A DNA stretch of 17,801 bases from Nitrospinota bacterium (GTDB lineage Bacteria > UBA8248): the NCBI GenBank assembly GCA_046581755.1, contig JAYGFR010000045.1, forward strand, positions 1 through 17,801, read 5' to 3'. The position numbers were made by a program, and so were the translations under genes. The notes under the pieces are model-generated. The model was given only the letters and a program-made list of their open reading frames with translations, had not been told where the DNA came from and did no database searches. Positions 15,147 to 17,801 of this stretch are shown here, piece by piece (position 1 is the first letter of the stretch; the number at the start of each line of letters is the position of its first letter).

Positions 15147-15176
15147 TCGGCCAACGTCTGGCAAACGTTGCGCCGA
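15147..15176. terminator. Hairpin between convergent genes (possible terminator)
   Basis: TCGGC-CAACGT / ACGTTG-C-GCCGA stem with a 7-nt loop in the 101-bp convergent gap. U-tracts are weak on both strands. Confidence 0.4.
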
Positions 15177-15198
15177 TGTCGCCTGAGGCGATGGATTA

Positions 15199-15660
15199 TT
15201 ACTCGATCGGGTCCGGGACGACGGGAAGGCACACTTCGGTGCGAAGCTCGGCCTCGGGCGCCTCGCGCGGGTCGTTCAGGTAGCGCTCGGCGACCGGCCC
15301 ATCCCCCCGGCGGAAGCCGCTGTGGGGAAGCCAGTCCTCCACCAACCGCTCCAGCGTCCGGCCGATCTCATCGTAGGCCCCCTCGTGGATCGCAACGGCG
15401 TACCAGCCGCCGGGCATCTCGGTTTCGGTGAGTCCCTCGGGGAGAGGGTTTCCGGGATGCAGGGTCCAGCAGGCTTCGTAGCTCTCTGTCCCACTCCGCA
15501 GCCCGAAGGGGGGCCCCGCGTCGGGCAGGCCTTCGCAGCGGAGATACAGCCTCCCCCAGAGTCGCCCGGTGCTCTCCGGAGTGATCGCCTCCTCGAGGGT
15601 CAGCCCTGCCCCCCGGGCGGGCTCCCGTTTTTCGACCCTGACGCCGGCCATTGATGTCAT
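15199..15660 (-). CDS. Stand-alone GyrI-like small-molecule-binding domain protein, 153 aa
   Basis: MPGGWYAVAIHEGAYDEI, DWLPHSG and ERYLNDPREAPEAELRTEVCLPV. Start reassigned to ATG 15660 behind a GGGAG RBS; the ORF-track extension overlaps the tauE-like gene. Confidence 0.88.
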   Translation of the reverse strand: MTSMAGVRVEKREPARGAGLTLEEAITPESTGRLWGRLYLRCEGLPDAGPPFGLRSGTESYEACWTLHPGNPLPEGLTETEMPGGWYAVAIHEGAYDEIGRTLERLVEDWLPHSGFRRGDGPVAERYLNDPREAPEAELRTEVCLPVVPDPIE

Positions 15661-15674
15661 GTGGCCATCTCCCG

Positions 15675-16037
15675 CTACCGAAAAAAGACCAGCCGCACGC
15701 CGGCGATGATGGCAATGAGGCCCGACGCCCGGCGGATGGCCAGGCCCGGAAGGTTCCGCAGCAGGTAGGCGCCGATGAAGCCGCCCACGATGGCCCCGGC
15801 GCCAATTAAGGCGGCGTATCTCCAGTGCATGTTTCCGTGGCGGATGTTTTCGATGGAGGCGGCCCCGACGTTGAACAGGGAGGCCATCATGGAGATGGCG
15901 ACCACCTGCTGGGCCTTGATGCCGGGAATGAGAAAAAGGGCGGGAACCGTGATGATCCCCCATCCTACGCCGGTCGAGGCCTGGAGGGTTCCCACTACGA
16001 GGCCGAGTACGACCAAGCCCACTGCGTAGATGTCCAA
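15675..16037 (-). CDS. Half-size TauE/SafE (TSUP) family membrane protein, 120 aa
   Basis: GLVVGTLQASTGVGWGIITVPAL (cf. TauE G.GGG...VP), VVAISM, RHGNMHWRYA and GAIVGGFIGAYL. About four TM helices. TTG start with AAGGA RBS. Confidence 0.82.
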   Translation of the reverse strand: MDIYAVGLVVLGLVVGTLQASTGVGWGIITVPALFLIPGIKAQQVVAISMMASLFNVGAASIENIRHGNMHWRYAALIGAGAIVGGFIGAYLLRNLPGLAIRRASGLIAIIAGVRLVFFR

Positions 16038-16050
16038 TGTGATTTTCCTT

Positions 16051-16124
16051 TCGGGTCTTGTTCCGGCAGAGCCCGGAGGCCCGCCTATCGGGTCTTGTTC
16101 CGGCGGAGCCCGGAGGCCCGCCTA
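16051..16124. repeat. Tandem 37-bp direct repeat (2 copies), each with internal dyad symmetry
   Basis: TCGGGTCTTGTTCCGGC[A/G]GAGCCCGGAGGCCCGCCTA at 16051-16087 and 16088-16124, one mismatch. Confidence 0.92.
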
Positions 16125-16952
16125 AATCGGATAAAAAATAGCCGGCAACAGCGCGCTCACCTTGGCGGCGTCGCCCTCGATCCGGAAGGCGCCGGAGTTT
16201 TTCTTCGCTTCGGCGTCGGCGCGCCCGGTGGACATCAGAAGGAAATCGCTGGCCGAGGCGAAGAGGGAGACGTCGAAATTCCCGGACAGATCGGTGAGGC
16301 CGGAGGCCTTTCCGTTCACGACCGATATCGCCCAGACGTGGCCCGTGTCAGTCGTCTCGAAGCGGAACCTGCTGTCCGGTTTGGGATCGGGCCGGGTGTT
16401 GTACATGATCGGAAAGCGAATGTGGAGATTCCCCGCCGCCACCTCCAGGGCATCGGGATGAAGCGAAGCCTCGGGCTCATTCCGGATGTCCCATTCGTGG
16501 AGGAGAAATTCGTATATCCGCTGGATGACGAAGTAACGGATGGGGATAACGCCGCGCCTGTGCCAGGCGGATTTATCGAAATCTCCGGGCTCCAGTGTCC
16601 GGTACAGCGCGATGAGCTCCTTCGTATCGCTCTCGAATTTGTCGACGAGCGCATTCCCATCTAGGGCCGCGACCTCGTTCATCCGCGAGGTGCGAATTTC
16701 CATGAACTCCTCCCGGGTGGAGGCCCCGAGGGGGAACCCGTGGTTGCCCTCCAGCCCGTTGCCGACGGTGGATGCGTAAAATTGCGCGCCCAGCGTCAGG
16801 TGGCCCACGATTTGGGAGGCGCACCAGTCCGGACAATAGGTCTCCCGCTTCCAGCAGGCCTCGCTGAATTCCCGAAAACGCGCGGCGAGGCGCTCGCATT
16901 CGGAGTTCGTGGTCGAAATCGTCAAATCCATCGCATCATCCTTTAGAGCCAT
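16122..16952 (-). CDS. DinB-superfamily maleylpyruvate isomerase-like (MDMPI_N) metalloprotein with C-terminal SCP2-like domain
   Basis: TYCPDWCASQIVGHL and RIYEFLLHEWDIR (His/Glu/His-Asp metal motifs). C-terminal DFLLMSTGRADA...GAFRIEGD. GGGGAG RBS. Confidence 0.82.
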   Translation of the reverse strand: MALKDDAMDLTISTTNSECERLAARFREFSEACWKRETYCPDWCASQIVGHLTLGAQFYASTVGNGLEGNHGFPLGASTREEFMEIRTSRMNEVAALDGNALVDKFESDTKELIALYRTLEPGDFDKSAWHRRGVIPIRYFVIQRIYEFLLHEWDIRNEPEASLHPDALEVAAGNLHIRFPIMYNTRPDPKPDSRFRFETTDTGHVWAISVVNGKASGLTDLSGNFDVSLFASASDFLLMSTGRADAEAKKNSGAFRIEGDAAKVSALLPAIFYPI

Positions 16953-17143
16953 GCAGTCTCCCCGTAATCAATCCGGTTTCGGTATGGGCATGGGCCCGGC
17001 GGGATTGTCCGCCCGGCACGGTTGTGCGAACGTGTGTGCTCGCAGCCATCATACACCACGCATTGGCGGACGGCCCGCCTGCCGGGCCACATCGGCGGGC
17101 CATCCCGGCGGGGCCGCCGGCCCGCGGGAGGAGAAATATAGCC

Positions 17144-17773
17144 ATGCTCTACGAGGTGCGGGCCTACACGTTTACGATAGGAAGCCTCGATGAGGCGGTG
17201 GAGGATTTCGGGAGCATCATCGAGGAGCGCACAAAGCTTTCCCGCTTGATCTGTTTTTTCCGTTCCGCCATCGGCGATCTGGACCGCATTTTTCATATAT
17301 GGGAGTACGAAAACGCGGCCCACCGCGAGCGCGTCCGGGCCGAGGCGCAGTCCCAGGCCTGGTGGCCGCCCCTCAAGGCCGAGAAAATCCTTTATCAGCA
17401 GACCCGGCTGATGACGGCCGCGCCTTTTCGCGCCTCCCCCCGCACCGGCGCCATGGGGAGCGTCTATGAGGTCCGGAGCGACACGATCCACACCGGGACC
17501 ATGGGAAAAATCAGCGCTGCCTGGGACACGCATCTTCCCGCCAGGGAGGAACTCTCTCCCCTCGCCGCCGCCTTCGCGAATCCGGCGAACGAGTTCGCCT
17601 CGGGCATCCTGAACGAGTTTTTGCACATCTGGCCCTACCGCGACCTGAATCACTGGGCCGAGGTGGACGAGGCCGCCAATCGGCTCGCCGGCTGGCGGGA
17701 TTGCTCCAACCCCTTTTTGAAGGCGCGCAAATCCGAGATCTGGGTTCCGGTGGAATACTCTCCCATGCACTGA
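17144..17773 (+). CDS. NIPSNAP family protein with two tandem NIPSNAP domains, 209 aa
   Basis: MLYEVRAYT...IGDLDRIFHIWEYENAAHRERVR and a second repeat VYEVRSDT...LNEFLHIWPYRDL; ends PVEYSPMH. Start reassigned to ATG 17144 behind a GGAGGAG RBS. Confidence 0.9.
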   Translation: MLYEVRAYTFTIGSLDEAVEDFGSIIEERTKLSRLICFFRSAIGDLDRIFHIWEYENAAHRERVRAEAQSQAWWPPLKAEKILYQQTRLMTAAPFRASPRTGAMGSVYEVRSDTIHTGTMGKISAAWDTHLPAREELSPLAAAFANPANEFASGILNEFLHIWPYRDLNHWAEVDEAANRLAGWRDCSNPFLKARKSEIWVPVEYSPMH

Positions 17774-17801
17774 GAAGGGTGCGCCTGAATATTTTTGGGT
17801 G

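Noticed and set aside
16051..16124. 37-bp repeat as a CRISPR array
   Set aside because: The two copies are directly adjacent with no spacer, and there are no cas genes in the window.
17014..17028. Sigma54-like promoter CGGCACGGTTGTGC upstream of the NIPSNAP gene
   Set aside because: GG-to-GC spacing is 9 nt, not the required 10.
17072..17125. Several GGCCCG/CGGGCC hairpins upstream of the NIPSNAP gene as a riboswitch
   Set aside because: Short GC-only stems are expected by chance at this GC content, and no recognisable aptamer consensus is present.

Overview
High-GC bacterial chromosomal window with 16 complete, supportable CDS and no rRNA, tRNA, CRISPR array or mobile element. The left minus-strand pair is a cyclophilin-like-fold gene translationally coupled to a rhodanese-less thiI. 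A long plus-strand run follows: ispB-like polyprenyl synthase, Maf pyrophosphatase, class I aminotransferase, D-2-hydroxyacid dehydrogenase, hydantoinase/oxoprolinase A+B, an atypical class IV aminotransferase and a GreA/B factor. The run ends in a two-gene redox module: a membrane protein with two H-x13-H helices (likely di-haem b) and a ~990-aa single-chain fusion of a four-cluster ferredoxin (DmsB/PsrB-type) N-terminal to a Cys-ligated Mo/W-bisPGD enzyme with no Tat signal. A convergent minus-strand trio encodes a DinB/MDMPI-SCP2 protein, a half-size TauE transporter and a GyrI-like protein, and a divergent gene encodes a tandem NIPSNAP protein. The most notable items are the non-canonical molybdoenzyme module, a candidate attenuator with two chained uORFs (one Val-rich) upstream of the class IV aminotransferase, and a 37-bp hairpin tandem duplication. 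All calls come from motif recognition by eye; no database searches were run.
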